From a virus (Duplodnaviria > Caudoviricetes): DNA of 54,190 bases. The stretch is from the IMG/VR virus record IMGVR_UViG_3300046718_000581, positions 1-54,190 of that record, one strand, 5' to 3'. Shown piece by piece: positions 1 to 10,214 of this stretch. Below the pieces are notes generated by a model, which made no database searches, had not been told where the DNA came from, and saw only the letters and a program-made list of their open reading frames with translations. A program made the translations under genes and the position numbers. The stretch's first letter is position 1. The number at the start of each line of letters is the position of its first letter.

Positions 1-3000
1 GGTGGTGGCGGCGGAGCAGCCGGCACCATGTCGTGGGTCGGTGGCACGGGTTCGGCGGCCAACGGAGCAAGTGCCGCGACCCTCGGTGGTCAGTCTCAGC
101 TTGTCGGCGGCGTTGGTGGTGCAGGCTCAGCCAACGTCGCTGGAGCAGGCGGTGGTGCGGCCAACCTGACTGGTGGTACGGGCGGCGCGGCTGGAGCCGG
201 AATCTTCGTCGGTGGCGGCGGCGGTCAAGGCAACCTGCTCGGCGGGACTGGTGGTGCCGGCTCTGCAACGGCTCAGGCTGGTGTCGGTGGAACCGTTCTC
301 GTCCAGGCTGGCAATGCAGGCGCGAACGGAGGCGGTGGCGGCAACAACGGTGGTGCGGTCACCATCACGTCAGGCGTCGCGACGGGCGCTGGGACGTCTG
401 GTGCCATCAATTTCCAGATCGCGGGTGCGAACCAATGGGTCATCACGGCTGGCGGCAATTTCACGCCGCAGACCGACAACACGGTCAACGCAGGAGCAGC
501 CGGTCAGCGCATTAAGAGTCTGTTTGCTCTTGCACTCAGCGCCGGCAACACGACGGCGGCTGCCAACGACACGGCGGGCTCCGCGCTCACCATCAACAGT
601 CAGCAGGGTGGTCCTTCAGTCGCGGCGGTTGGTGGAGCTGGTGGCGCCATCGCCATCACCTCGAACAACGGCGGCGCGGCGTCGGGTTCGTTTGCAGGCG
701 GCGCCGCCGGCAACATCAACATCACGGTCGGCTCACCGGGCGCCGCAACGTCTGCCTTCTCGGGTGGTGCTGCCGGTGTCCTGAACCTGACGGCGGGTGT
801 TGGCGCGGACGCAAATGCGGCCATCGCTGCGACGGTCGGAGGTCAGAACAACCTCATCGCTGGAGCTGGTGGTGCAGCTTCAGCCGGTGCGGTCGGCGCG
901 ACTGGCGGACTCATCAACATCCGCGGTGGCGCTGGCGGTGCCGGTTCCGCAACGCAAGCTGGCGGGTCGGGCGGAATTGCAACCCTCATCGGTGGTGCCG
1001 GCGGTGTGAACAACGGAGGCGGTGGCGGAACTGGCGGAGCAACGACTGTCCAAGCCGGTACCGGCGCAGCCTCGAACGCAGCCAGTGTTGGAGCGAATGG
1101 CGGCGGCCTCACGATGTCTGGTGGTACCGGCGGCTCTGCGAGCGCCAGCGGAGCGGCGGGTGCTGGCGGTCAGGGTTCGTTCATCGGTGGGGTTGGCGGT
1201 ATTGGTGTCGGAACCATCGCTGGCGGTCTCGGCGGGCTCAGTCTTCACAGAGGCGGAACCGGCGGCGCATCTTCGGGCGCGACGGGAACGGCTGGTTCTG
1301 GTGGCAACCTCTCGCTCGTCGGTGGTGACGCTGGCGCGACCAACGGCGGAACTGGCGCGGGTGGTGGTGCGGTCTTCGTTCGTGGTGGTGCGGGAACCGG
1401 TGCCGGCGTTGCGGGTGCAGTCACCATCGGTGATGCTACTACGTCAGCGGTCAACATCGGCGCGTCGGGCATCGCTACGACCATCACGGCCAGCACTCTC
1501 ACACTGACGGCGTCAGTTGCATCGACCTGGGATACGACCAACGGGACAGTCAAGGCGGCGGTTTTCACTCGCTCGACCTCCGGTACCTTGAGTGTCGGAA
1601 CCACTCTCTCTAGCACCATCAACATCGGCAGCGTAGCTACGGGTGTGATGACGCTCACCGCTGGTGGAGCCGGCGGCTTTTCTGTCGCAGGAGTTGCCAG
1701 CAGCGGTTCACCTGGAAACTTCTTCGCATGGGCGCCTGCGAACAACACCAACCTGACGGCTGGTGCCGAGAATGCGAGCATCTTCTACGCGACGCACACC
1801 CAACAGTTCGCCGCCGGCACCGTCGCGACTCAGCGTGAGTGGCGCATCGATGCGCCGACGTACACGGGCGTCGCGGCAACAGCAGCCTTCACCACTGCGG
1901 CGACGTTTGCTATTTCGGGTCCTCCGATTGCCGGTACGAACGCGACCATCGCCAGCCCCTTCGCCCTCTGGATTCAGTCTGGTCTGACGAACTTCGGTGG
2001 CAGCGTCTTCATCACCTCTGGCGGCCTCAATAGCAACTCGATTGATGCCATCAGCGCAGGGCCGCTCAGCATCGGTACGGGTATCGCGACCTCGATTGTC
2101 CACGGGCGTTCGGGCCTGACGAGCGGACAGACGTTCAACACCGGCACGGGCACGAGCTACGCGTTCCAGTTCAACGGCTCAAACGTGATGATCATCGCCG
2201 CGAACTTCATCCAGTGGGCGCCTTCGCAGGCGACGATGACTGTTCAGGCGTCGGCGGCTGATACGGCTGGCGGTGGGCTCGCGCTCAACGCGGGCAACGG
2301 TGGCTCAGCTCTCGCGACGACGGGTGGGCTCGGCGGTACGGTGCAGATGAACGGCGGTTTGGGCGGCGCATCTGATGGTACTCACCCCGCCGGGACGGGC
2401 GGCACTGCCTCCGTGGTTGGTGGGCAAGGTGGCGGTGGCTTGACGTCCATTGCTGGCGCGACCGGCGGTTCGACGTTCGTCCAGGCTGGCGCAGGCGGTA
2501 ACGGAGGCTCGGCGTCTATCGGCGGAACCGGCGGCAATCTCGCGATGACCGCAGGAGCCGGCGGCACGTCTGGTGGTGGCGGTGGTGGCCCGGGCGGCAA
2601 CGTCACGCTTCAGGCCGGCGCAGGCACGACCAACGGCACCATCTCCATCGGCACGACGGGCACGTCTATCGTCGCCATCGGCGCTTCTGGCAATACCATC
2701 GTTCAGGTCCCACGCCTCGGCGTCATCACGACGCAGAACATCTCGTTCGCGGCATCGCTTGCGCTCAACCCGACGAACGGCAACTTCATTCACGTCGCGA
2801 CGATGAATGCCAACGTCACCATCACGATGACCAACGGGGCGGCTGGTGAGCAATGCACGATCATCTTTCTAAAAGACGCGACGGCGAGCGCGTACACGGT
2901 GAACTTCTCGGGTGCGAATGTGCGCTTCAACGGGCAGTCGATGTCGACGACGGCGAACAGTCTCGGCATCTTCAGGCTCATCTGGGATGACCGGCTGTCG

Positions 3001-3042
3001 ACCCCCGCTTGGGTTGCCACAGGTTCCACTGTGGCTAACTAG
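1..3042 (+). CDS. Glycine-rich tail fibre / receptor-binding-like protein, 5' truncated
   Basis: Frame open from the window edge; GxGGxG repeats, recurring GxIxIG...S.(V/I).IG modules, compact C-terminal beta domain; lies just upstream of the lysis genes. Confidence 0.65.
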   Translation, partial: GGGGGAAGTMSWVGGTGSAANGASAATLGGQSQLVGGVGGAGSANVAGAGGGAANLTGGTGGAAGAGIFVGGGGGQGNLLGGTGGAGSATAQAGVGGTVLVQAGNAGANGGGGGNNGGAVTITSGVATGAGTSGAINFQIAGANQWVITAGGNFTPQTDNTVNAGAAGQRIKSLFALALSAGNTTAAANDTAGSALTINSQQGGPSVAAVGGAGGAIAITSNNGGAASGSFAGGAAGNINITVGSPGAATSAFSGGAAGVLNLTAGVGADANAAIAATVGGQNNLIAGAGGAASAGAVGATGGLINIRGGAGGAGSATQAGGSGGIATLIGGAGGVNNGGGGGTGGATTVQAGTGAASNAASVGANGGGLTMSGGTGGSASASGAAGAGGQGSFIGGVGGIGVGTIAGGLGGLSLHRGGTGGASSGATGTAGSGGNLSLVGGDAGATNGGTGAGGGAVFVRGGAGTGAGVAGAVTIGDATTSAVNIGASGIATTITASTLTLTASVASTWDTTNGTVKAAVFTRSTSGTLSVGTTLSSTINIGSVATGVMTLTAGGAGGFSVAGVASSGSPGNFFAWAPANNTNLTAGAENASIFYATHTQQFAAGTVATQREWRIDAPTYTGVAATAAFTTAATFAISGPPIAGTNATIASPFALWIQSGLTNFGGSVFITSGGLNSNSIDAISAGPLSIGTGIATSIVHGRSGLTSGQTFNTGTGTSYAFQFNGSNVMIIAANFIQWAPSQATMTVQASAADTAGGGLALNAGNGGSALATTGGLGGTVQMNGGLGGASDGTHPAGTGGTASVVGGQGGGGLTSIAGATGGSTFVQAGAGGNGGSASIGGTGGNLAMTAGAGGTSGGGGGGPGGNVTLQAGAGTTNGTISIGTTGTSIVAIGASGNTIVQVPRLGVITTQNISFAASLALNPTNGNFIHVATMNANVTITMTNGAAGEQCTIIFLKDATASAYTVNFSGANVRFNGQSMSTTANSLGIFRLIWDDRLSTPAWVATGSTVAN

Positions 3043-3118
3043 CGGGTTGGTGGTAGTGTCGCCAATGTCGTCTCTACGACTGAAGAAACCGCGCGACTAC
3101 TGGTACAGGAGAAAGCAC

Positions 3119-3571
3119 ATGCACTACGTCACCGTCCCCTCGCCCGTCGTTCTCCGCACCATCGACAAGAAGGCGTATCGCGAGAACGACCCGGACGACC
3201 CGACCAAGACCATCGAGATGAAGCCGGTGACGATGCACCGGTACCTCATGGCCTACGTCGTGAACGAGGTCCATCCACCGGAGAATCAGAACTCGGCGGC
3301 GAAGGCGAAGATTGGTTCCGGCTACGAGGGCGACAAGCGCATCGCCAAGCTGGACCGGCTGTTCGAGAACGCCAAGCCGGGTGACGTGGTCGCGGTTGAG
3401 GACGAGGACTGGCGGAAGGTCCGCGCCATCATCGAGGAGAAGGTGTGGGGTCTGCCTACCTTCGGCGCCCTCCTCATCAACTTCTCGGACGCTTGGATGA
3501 CCGCTTCGGACACCAAGGCAGTCAACGGCGCCCGCTTCCCCGAAAGTGCATCGCTCGACCCGCAGGTGTAA
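3119..3571 (+). CDS. Hypothetical protein (possible fibre chaperone)
   Basis: AGGAGA RBS before ATG 3119; follows the fibre gene; function inferred from position only. Confidence 0.6.
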   Translation: MHYVTVPSPVVLRTIDKKAYRENDPDDPTKTIEMKPVTMHRYLMAYVVNEVHPPENQNSAAKAKIGSGYEGDKRIAKLDRLFENAKPGDVVAVEDEDWRKVRAIIEEKVWGLPTFGALLINFSDAWMTASDTKAVNGARFPESASLDPQV

Positions 3572-3613
3572 CATCCTGGCCAGGTCCCCTTAGCGGGATG
3601 AAGGGAGGCCACG

Positions 3614-4009
3614 ATGGGTGCGCCGAGCTTCGTGGAGGAACCTGGCGACGGAGACACGACCAAACGGGTCCGCTCCGCAGTCCACTCCGAGATTCGCGTC
3701 GTCAAGCGCATCCAGTTCTGGGTCACCATCGGGCTCACCGTCGCCGGCCTCGGGTTCTTCGTGGCGATGTGGGCGAACCGCTACGCTCAACTGAGCGACG
3801 TCGAGAAGGTAGCGGCCAAGCAGGACACCATCGCCGACAAGCTCCAAGAGCACATCGCCAGCGAGTCTGAGAAGTTCGGCTCGCTTCGACAGCAGTCCAA
3901 GAACATCGAAGAGGACTATCACTGGCAGCGGGAGCAGCTATCTCGCATCGTCGACCGCGTTGGTGCGGTTCACGTGCCTCCGCCCGCGCCTCACAAGGAG
4001 ACACCATGA
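3614..4009 (+). CDS. Single-TM coiled-coil membrane protein (lysis cassette)
   Basis: TM segment FWVTIGLTVAGLGFFVAMW followed by a heptad region; GGAGG RBS. Confidence 0.65.
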   Translation: MGAPSFVEEPGDGDTTKRVRSAVHSEIRVVKRIQFWVTIGLTVAGLGFFVAMWANRYAQLSDVEKVAAKQDTIADKLQEHIASESEKFGSLRQQSKNIEEDYHWQREQLSRIVDRVGAVHVPPPAPHKETP

Positions 4010-4239
4010 CCGCCTGGCTAACCGCGAACTGGAAGTGGCTTGCGCCGGTTCTCATCTACGTCCTGACCAACATCGCCAACGGGGTGATGAAGCACCCGCA
4101 GCTTGAAACGGCTCTTCATCGCATCATCGACTTCCTCTCCGTCCTCACCCACGCCGACTCCCCCGGGACCTTCAAGTTGCCGGGCATGAAGTCGAGGGCA
4201 CCCGCTGGGAAGATTCAGATGCCGACGGGGAAGCCGTGA
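4006..4239 (+). CDS. Small membrane protein, holin candidate
   Basis: 77 aa, N-terminal hydrophobic helix, basic tail, overlaps both neighbours. Confidence 0.55.
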   Translation: MTAWLTANWKWLAPVLIYVLTNIANGVMKHPQLETALHRIIDFLSVLTHADSPGTFKLPGMKSRAPAGKIQMPTGKP

Positions 4240-4661
4240 CCACCGACCGGGTGCAGTTCCTCATCCTCGTCCTGACCGCAACGCTGTTCGCGCTCGTCAT
4301 CGGGCTGGCCGGTTGCTACTGCTGGACACCCGCGCACAAGGACGAGGCCAAGTGCAAGGTCGTGTCGTCGGTCGTCGACTGCACGGCGGGCTCGGTGAAG
4401 GACATCGCGCCCTCGGTGGCGGCCATCGTGCTCGCGTACTTGGCGAACGCCGCGCCGCCTGACTGGCCGAGTCTGCTCACACGGCTGGAGGGGCTGGGGC
4501 TCGACAACGCCGGGTGCATCCTGGCGATGATTGAGGCGGACTTCCAACGACCCGGCGCGACACCCGGGCGGATGGCGCTCGCTCAAGACACCCACGCTCA
4601 CGTCCTGGCTTGGGCGGTCGCCAAGAACCTGAACCACGTGACGTACAAAGTGGCGCCATGA
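4236..4661 (+). CDS. Putative lipoprotein (spanin-like position)
   Basis: Hydrophobic signal ending in LAGC lipobox. Confidence 0.55.
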   Translation: MTTDRVQFLILVLTATLFALVIGLAGCYCWTPAHKDEAKCKVVSSVVDCTAGSVKDIAPSVAAIVLAYLANAAPPDWPSLLTRLEGLGLDNAGCILAMIEADFQRPGATPGRMALAQDTHAHVLAWAVAKNLNHVTYKVAP

Positions 4662-5440
4662 AGTCCCGCCACAAGACCATCGCCGGCAAGCAGCGACACC
4701 TGACTGGCTGGCATCGAGACCGGCCCGACCACCGTGACCAGTTCTTCCCGACCTCCATCCTCGACCGCTTCGGGATGCCCAATAGCTTCAGCCTCCGCGG
4801 CGCCCCGGGGCTCGTGGTCGAGGACCAGGCGAACCTCGGCTCCTGCACGTGCAACGCCGGGACGACGGGGCACGAGTTCATCCTCCAGAAGCACGGCGTC
4901 ACCATCCAGCTCAGCCGGCTCTGGGCGTACGCCAGGGTCAGGGAGTTCGAGGGCTGTCCGCTGACGGAGGACAACGGCGCACAGATTCGTGACGTGGTGA
5001 AGGTCCTGGCGAAGTACGGGTGCCCACCTGAAGCCCTCTGGCCCTACGACGTGACGAAGTGGAGCCAGCGCCCGCCAACCTCCACAGACATCGAGGCGGC
5101 CAAGCACAAGCTGACGTACTACTACCGGTGCTCGACCCTGGGGGCCATCCGGCTCAGCATCTCCCAGGGCTACCCGGTGGTCGGTGGGTTCGAGGTGCCG
5201 GAGAACATGATGTCGACCTTCTGCCAGAAGACCGGCATCGTGAAGCTCCCCGCCCCGGAGGAAGGCTACGTCGGCGGGCACGCGGTCCTGTTCATGGGCT
5301 ACAACGACGAGCGCCAAATGCTGGAGTTCCAGAACTCGTGGTCGACTGGCTGGGGTGATGGCGGCTACGGCTGGCTCCCCTACGAGTTCGTCAAGCGCGG
5401 CCTGGCGGACGACTTCTGGACCGTCAGGAGATCGACCTGA
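4658..5440 (+). CDS. Papain-family (C1) cysteine peptidase
   Basis: DQANLGSC (Gln/Cys), GGHAV (His), QNSW..GWGDGGY (Asn) motifs. Confidence 0.9.
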   Translation: MKSRHKTIAGKQRHLTGWHRDRPDHRDQFFPTSILDRFGMPNSFSLRGAPGLVVEDQANLGSCTCNAGTTGHEFILQKHGVTIQLSRLWAYARVREFEGCPLTEDNGAQIRDVVKVLAKYGCPPEALWPYDVTKWSQRPPTSTDIEAAKHKLTYYYRCSTLGAIRLSISQGYPVVGGFEVPENMMSTFCQKTGIVKLPAPEEGYVGGHAVLFMGYNDERQMLEFQNSWSTGWGDGGYGWLPYEFVKRGLADDFWTVRRST

Positions 5441-5487
5441 AAAGGACCTAGGACCAAAGGGACCGAACGGTGTGGAGGAGCAGCAAC

Positions 5488-5910
5488 ATGAAGGTCACCG
5501 AGCACTTCGACTCCGATGAGTTCGTCTGTAGGGATGGCACCGCCTACCCCGCAGAGTGGATTGTGGAGCGGCTGTCCATCCTCTGCGCCACCCTGGAAGT
5601 CATCCGAACCGCGGCCGGCAACGTGCCCATCCGGGTGAACTCTGGCTACCGGACGCTGGAGTACAACCGGAAGCTGGGCTCCCATGACACCAGCCAGCAT
5701 CCCAAGGGCCGGGCGGCGGACATCCAACACCCCAAGCTGACCGCGGATGAGCTGTACGTCCTGGTCGGGCGCCTGTATGTTGCCGGGCGCCTGCCGTCGT
5801 TGGGCGGGCTCGGGAAGTACCCGACCTTCATCCATGTCGACGTTCGCCCGCGGCCCGAGGATGACCACCTTGCGCTCTGGACGGGCGGCCGCATGTCCAA
5901 CGTGGCGTGA
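5488..5910 (+). CDS. Peptidase M15A family endolysin
   Basis: HF..DEF.CRDG, NSGYR, SQH..G.AADI, FIHVD zinc-ligand motifs. Confidence 0.9.
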   Translation: MKVTEHFDSDEFVCRDGTAYPAEWIVERLSILCATLEVIRTAAGNVPIRVNSGYRTLEYNRKLGSHDTSQHPKGRAADIQHPKLTADELYVLVGRLYVAGRLPSLGGLGKYPTFIHVDVRPRPEDDHLALWTGGRMSNVA

Positions 5911-6131
5911 ACGATAACGGGCCCAAGACCTACCCCAACATGCCGGCGCTGCCGGGCTCCCCGGCGGAATTGGAGCGGTTGGAGAAGCACCGCGTGTTGG
6001 CCCGCATCGGTGAGCTTGAGGCTCGCGTCAAAACACTAGAGACTGTGCTGGGTGATGCGAAGCTCGACCGACTGGTTCGCCAGGTGCGCCGGCTGCGGAA
6101 GTACATCGCCGCGTGGCTGCAAGAGGACTGA
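5907..6131 (+). CDS. Hypothetical coiled-coil protein
   Basis: GTGA overlap with the endolysin; heptad pattern. Confidence 0.55.
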   Translation: MNDNGPKTYPNMPALPGSPAELERLEKHRVLARIGELEARVKTLETVLGDAKLDRLVRQVRRLRKYIAAWLQED

Positions 6132-6325
6132 TGCCTGTTGACGATGACTTCGACCCGAGTCCGAGCGCCCAAGAGAACGGCGACACGGACCCACAGATCA
6201 GGCTCGACCGCGTCGCGCTTCAGGACCACGCACGGCGGATGATTCTCTTGGAGCAACGGCAGGATGAGCTTGAGGGCGAGCTTCGGAAGCTGATGAAGAA
6301 GGTCGAGAAGCTGCTCGCGCCCTAG
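6131..6325 (+). CDS. Hypothetical coiled-coil protein
   Basis: TGATG coupling, GAGG RBS; last rightward gene of this block. Confidence 0.55.
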   Translation: MPVDDDFDPSPSAQENGDTDPQIRLDRVALQDHARRMILLEQRQDELEGELRKLMKKVEKLLAP

Positions 6326-6597
6326 AGGCGCTGCTCGCCCGCGCACCGCTTGCACGGAATCTTCCCCGCCGGCCAGCCCTGGCCGAGGCAGTTGTGGCAG
6401 ATGCAGACGTGGCCGTGGTCGCACTCGGAGCAGTTGCGCTTGACCTCGCCAGGCGTGTCGAGGCACTCCAGGCACGGCGACCAGCCGAGCCCGTTACACG
6501 TCGAGCACACCCCCGCCCTCGTCATCGGGCTATCGAAGCCACCAACGCAGAAGGCGCAGTAGCCGCACCCACCAGGATCGATTGCGATATGGTCCAT
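6322..6597 (-). CDS. DnaJ-type zinc-finger-like protein
   Basis: Repeated CxxCxGxG (CSTCNGLG, CHNCLGQG, CKRCAG). Confidence 0.6.
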   Translation of the reverse strand: MDHIAIDPGGCGYCAFCVGGFDSPMTRAGVCSTCNGLGWSPCLECLDTPGEVKRNCSECDHGHVCICHNCLGQGWPAGKIPCKRCAGEQRL

Positions 6598-6630
6598 CCA
6601 TCATAAGATAGAGAAATTTTCTCATCTTGT

Positions 6631-6855
6631 CTAACCGATGGACTTCGTGCGCCGCTCAATCTCCCGTTGGACATACCAGGCGGCCTTCTTCAGGTCCTCC
6701 ATGGCGTTGCCCTTTTCGTCCGCACGCCAGAGATACTTGATGGCGTTGCCGACGTTGAAGCCCATGTGCTCGACGACGGTGATGCACTCGACGCCGCTCG
6801 GGTGGCTGGTGTAGTGCTTCGGGTGATTCACCGCATCGTTCTTCGTCGCCCCCAT
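6631..6855 (-). CDS. DUF3310 family protein
   Basis: D.VNHP.HY...GVECI...GFNVGNAIKYLWRA..KG...EDLKKAAWY signature. Confidence 0.9.
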   Translation of the reverse strand: MGATKNDAVNHPKHYTSHPSGVECITVVEHMGFNVGNAIKYLWRADEKGNAMEDLKKAAWYVQREIERRTKSIG

Positions 6856-6882
6856 GCAGTCCCCCCTCGTGTCGTCATTGAA

Positions 6883-7092
6883 TCACACCTCGGCCAGCGC
6901 GGCGCACAGTCCGCACGGGCAGTCCCGGTCGTGAACGACGTGGCCTCGCGCCTGCGCCAGCTTCCCGCGGAGCTTGAACACCTCCGTCTCCAGCCGGTCG
7001 CACTCGTGTATGAGCGCCCGGTCGCCCACAAACTTCGGGCAGGTGACGTTGCACCCCAGGAACTCGCCGCACCACCTGCACGGCGTGGCCAT
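6883..7092 (-). CDS. Small Cys-rich protein
   Basis: MATPCRWC...CPCGLC; TGATG coupling to the upstream gene. Confidence 0.5.
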   Translation of the reverse strand: MATPCRWCGEFLGCNVTCPKFVGDRALIHECDRLETEVFKLRGKLAQARGHVVHDRDCPCGLCAALAEV

Positions 7093-7309
7093 CAGGCGCC
7101 CACCTTGTCGAGGACCGCCTGGGCTTCGCAGCGCAGCGACTCCAGCAGCGACCATGGGTTGGTGTCCCGGTACGGCTGCTTGGCCACGCTGCGCAGCATG
7201 GTGACGGCGGCCGTCAGCTTGCCGTGCAGGTCGATGATGGTCTGGTGCGCGCCGCGCAGGTCGCGTTCGACGCGCAGCATGTCGCGCTCCAGCTCTCGGG
7301 ACCGTACGG

Positions 7310-7654
7310 TCACTTGATCACCCCGTGGCACTCGCCTGAGCACACCTGGCAATTCTCTTCGGTGTCGTCGTTGGCCACCGCGCAGTTGTTGACGTGCCCG
7401 CTCGGCAGACGGCGGCTGTCGAGGATTGGTGTCTCCTCATTCCAGGCCGGGACCTCTTCGCGCTCGAACTGGGCGCACTGCGAAATGATGGGCAGGATGA
7501 GGCCGGCCTTGTCCTTCTGCATGTCGATGGCCAGCCAGCAGACCGACGAGTGCATGCAGTACAGGCAGAGGTGATGGCGCGCGCGGCGGGCGCGCAACTC
7601 CTCGTTCGTCATCGAGTTGAAGTTCTGCGGGATGCTCGTGGCTTCGGTCTTCAC
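7310..7654 (-). CDS. Cys-rich hypothetical protein
   Basis: CLYC..C and C..C..C clusters; AAGGAG RBS; overlapping operon structure. Confidence 0.55.
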   Translation of the reverse strand: MKTEATSIPQNFNSMTNEELRARRARHHLCLYCMHSSVCWLAIDMQKDKAGLILPIISQCAQFEREEVPAWNEETPILDSRRLPSGHVNNCAVANDDTEENCQVCSGECHGVIK

Positions 7655-8511
7655 GGTTTCTCCTTCCGCGCGGCGTCGACGGCGGCGATGGCTGTGTCGA
7701 GATCGCCCGTGCCGACGAAACAGCGATGGTTCCGCGCAGCCTCCAACACCCGCTCCAGCAACTGCACGCGGTCGGGGGCGGGCGGCGTGTTCTTGAACAG
7801 GTCGACGAGCGCCGGGGTAGGCGGCCTCGGGTTCTCGATCATGTCGACGACGTGCTCGAACTGTTCCGGCGTCAGTGCCGCCGGCTCACTCGCACCCGGC
7901 GCGGCGATGGGGTTTAGGAACCTGCGTTCAACTTCGGCGGCGATATGATGGCCAACTTCCGCCGCGCTGGATTCTTCGCGTAACTGCTTGCACCACTCGC
8001 GCAGCGCCGCCTCCAGCGTCTTGACGCGGTCGTGTGCAGCGGCTAGGTCGGCTGCGGTCACGCCAAGCGATGCGTTGTGAGATTCGGCTCGCTTGCGCAT
8101 GACCTCCGCTCGCGCGATGGCCGCGTCGCGTTCGGCGACAACGGTGGCGTGCTTGGCAAGCCACTCGGCGTCCTGGCGGGTGAGCTTGTTCATCAGGCCA
8201 CCGAGATTGTTGGTGTAGATCATGGCGTTGGTGTCGCGCTCGGCGATGCACTGTCCGAGGGCGTCGCGCCCTTTCTTCAGGGCGTCGAGCGTGTCAGCGT
8301 CCTTGTGCTCGGCGCGGCGTTTCCACTCATCGCGGTCGGCGGCGGTGTCTACAAACGCGAGATTGCAGCTCGCGTAGAAGCCGGCCCACGCCAGTCCCAT
8401 TACGAAGTGGGACAGGCGGGCCTCAACGAGTTTCGTTTCCAGCGCCTCGATGCACATCACGCATGCGAAGTCGCCAACGCGAATGCCGCATTCGCAGCAC
8501 GTGTCGTTCAT
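7651..8511 (-). CDS. Hypothetical coiled-coil protein
   Basis: N-terminal CxxC pairs and long heptad region; ATGA overlap. Confidence 0.6.
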   Translation of the reverse strand: MNDTCCECGIRVGDFACVMCIEALETKLVEARLSHFVMGLAWAGFYASCNLAFVDTAADRDEWKRRAEHKDADTLDALKKGRDALGQCIAERDTNAMIYTNNLGGLMNKLTRQDAEWLAKHATVVAERDAAIARAEVMRKRAESHNASLGVTAADLAAAHDRVKTLEAALREWCKQLREESSAAEVGHHIAAEVERRFLNPIAAPGASEPAALTPEQFEHVVDMIENPRPPTPALVDLFKNTPPAPDRVQLLERVLEAARNHRCFVGTGDLDTAIAAVDAARKEKP

Positions 8512-9098
8512 TCTTCCTCTCCGTTTGTGGGCGCCGCCTTCCAGTCGCGCTTCAGGACGTGCTCGGCGGTCGCGACGTAGACCTCCTCCAGCGAGACTTC
8601 CATCCGGCGGGCCATGTCCCGCATGCGGAAGAGGAGTCCCATGAGGCTGTCGCCTACTTCGCGCCGGCCCTTCTCAGCGACGTCGTAGCCGCGGATGCCT
8701 TGGACGGTCTTGAGGACCGCGTGCGCCATGCGTCCCAGGGTGACATCGACCGGCGGGCTGCCCCCGCGGTCGCGGGTCTTGCGCAGCAGCACGCCGAAGT
8801 CGAGCCGGTGTACCGAGGCAAGCTGGGTCGCGTAGATGCAGGTGTCCCCGATGGCGTCGAGAATCTTCTCTGGGTCGTCCATCTCGATGGCCTCGCCCAG
8901 TTCGCCAAGCTCTTCGACGATGCCCAGCACGAACCGTTCGGGGGACTGCATGCCGAAGTTCTCGACCTGCCAGCGGCTGAGACGCACCTGGAGTTCGCTC
9001 AGCGGGTCGAACGGCAACTCCGGGTGGTCGGGGTGTACCAGGGCCGCGTATCGGTCCCACGCCTCCCGCGCCGCGACGTAGGTGGTCTCGTAGCTCAC
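8508..9098 (-). CDS. MazG-like all-alpha NTP pyrophosphatase (two MazG-like units)
   Basis: EELGEL..A...D...DAIGD plus second REVGD motif; GTG start overlaps upstream TGA. Confidence 0.75.
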   Translation of the reverse strand: MSYETTYVAAREAWDRYAALVHPDHPELPFDPLSELQVRLSRWQVENFGMQSPERFVLGIVEELGELGEAIEMDDPEKILDAIGDTCIYATQLASVHRLDFGVLLRKTRDRGGSPPVDVTLGRMAHAVLKTVQGIRGYDVAEKGRREVGDSLMGLLFRMRDMARRMEVSLEEVYVATAEHVLKRDWKAAPTNGEEE

Positions 9099-9589
9099 TT
9101 GCGTAGCTCCTCGTCCATGGCGTCCTTGAACTCCTCGGGGGCCTTCTCGGGAGTGAGTCCGGTCGCGGCGTCGCACGCCCTTGCGCAGTGCGCAGCGTGC
9201 AGGTCTTCGACATGGAGCAGGTTTGCCTCCAGTTGTTCGCGTCTTCCGGCGAGGTAGGCGTTCGCCTTCTTCAGAATCTGGACCTCGTTGAGCAGGTCGA
9301 GCATGTCCTCCAGCTTCATCACGGCGACCTCGACTCCACCGTTGCGCCGCGCCACCACCAGCGGCTTGCGGTTGTCGCGCGCGTCGTCCGCTTGCGCCAG
9401 GGCGGCCCAGAGGTTGGGGCACTTCTGGTGCTTGGCTTCGACCCAGTACGGGGTGCCCTCGACGTCGGGCACCTCCTTCGCGGAGCGGGCCTGGCCGATG
9501 CCGCGGCGGGCGCCCGGGTAGATGCCCTTGAACCGGTTCGCCATGAGCCGCTCGTACCCGGCGCCCTTGGTGCGCTGCATCTTGCTCAC
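9095..9589 (-). CDS. Holliday junction resolvase-like PD-(D/E)xK nuclease
   Basis: KGAGYER...PDV....WVEAK pattern. Confidence 0.8.
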   Translation of the reverse strand: MSKMQRTKGAGYERLMANRFKGIYPGARRGIGQARSAKEVPDVEGTPYWVEAKHQKCPNLWAALAQADDARDNRKPLVVARRNGGVEVAVMKLEDMLDLLNEVQILKKANAYLAGRREQLEANLLHVEDLHAAHCARACDAATGLTPEKAPEEFKDAMDEELRK

Positions 9590-10209
9590 TTGCGACTCGC
9601 TCTCGGGGCCGACCGCTCGTACTTGTTAGCCGCTTCGACCTCGTACGTTTTCATGTACGCCTCGCACGTGGAGCGACTCCCGTAGACCTCGTCGTTGTCT
9701 CCGCACTGGTAGTCCGGGTCGCACTGGTACGTGGTGCCATCGAGGTCGTGGCACCGGAAGTACCCGCCCTTGGTCAGGATGGTTTTCGAGCGCATCGCGA
9801 CGCGGTGCTTGAAGCCCTTGGGGGCTCGGCCGTTCTCCGCCTTGTACAGCCACGCCGCGAACTCGCGGGCGCACTGCTCATTCAACTCCTCGATGTCGTG
9901 GCCGTCGTCGGAGCCTGGGTGGTTGTACGCGCTGAAGATCGCACTCAGGTCAGTGTTGAATCCCTCCCGGCACTCGCGCGTCCGCTTGGTCCACTTCACC
10001 ATGGCAAGGCGGATGTACTCCATGCGTGCATCGACGTCGTAGCCGGCCACGCTGTTGACGACGGCTTGTGTCGCGGCGTTCGCGCGGCTCGTCGGTGTCG
10101 AGCAGTGGGGGATGCCCTGCGCGTCGAGGCGGCACTCCACTTCGCCCCCGGTGCGTTGCGCCTCGGCCGTTGCCGTCAGGAGAATCACCGTCGCCAGCAC
10201 CGTTCGCAT
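9586..10209 (-). CDS. Secreted Cys-containing hypothetical protein
   Basis: Signal peptide MRTVLATVILLTATAEA; paired cysteines. Confidence 0.6.
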   Translation of the reverse strand: MRTVLATVILLTATAEAQRTGGEVECRLDAQGIPHCSTPTSRANAATQAVVNSVAGYDVDARMEYIRLAMVKWTKRTRECREGFNTDLSAIFSAYNHPGSDDGHDIEELNEQCAREFAAWLYKAENGRAPKGFKHRVAMRSKTILTKGGYFRCHDLDGTTYQCDPDYQCGDNDEVYGSRSTCEAYMKTYEVEAANKYERSAPRASRK

Positions 10210-10214
10210 CTCTC

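Noticed and set aside
1-3042. Mycobacterial PE-PGRS gene or diversity-generating retroelement target
   Set aside because: Phage tail/lysis context explains the Gly repeats; no reverse transcriptase or template repeat in the window
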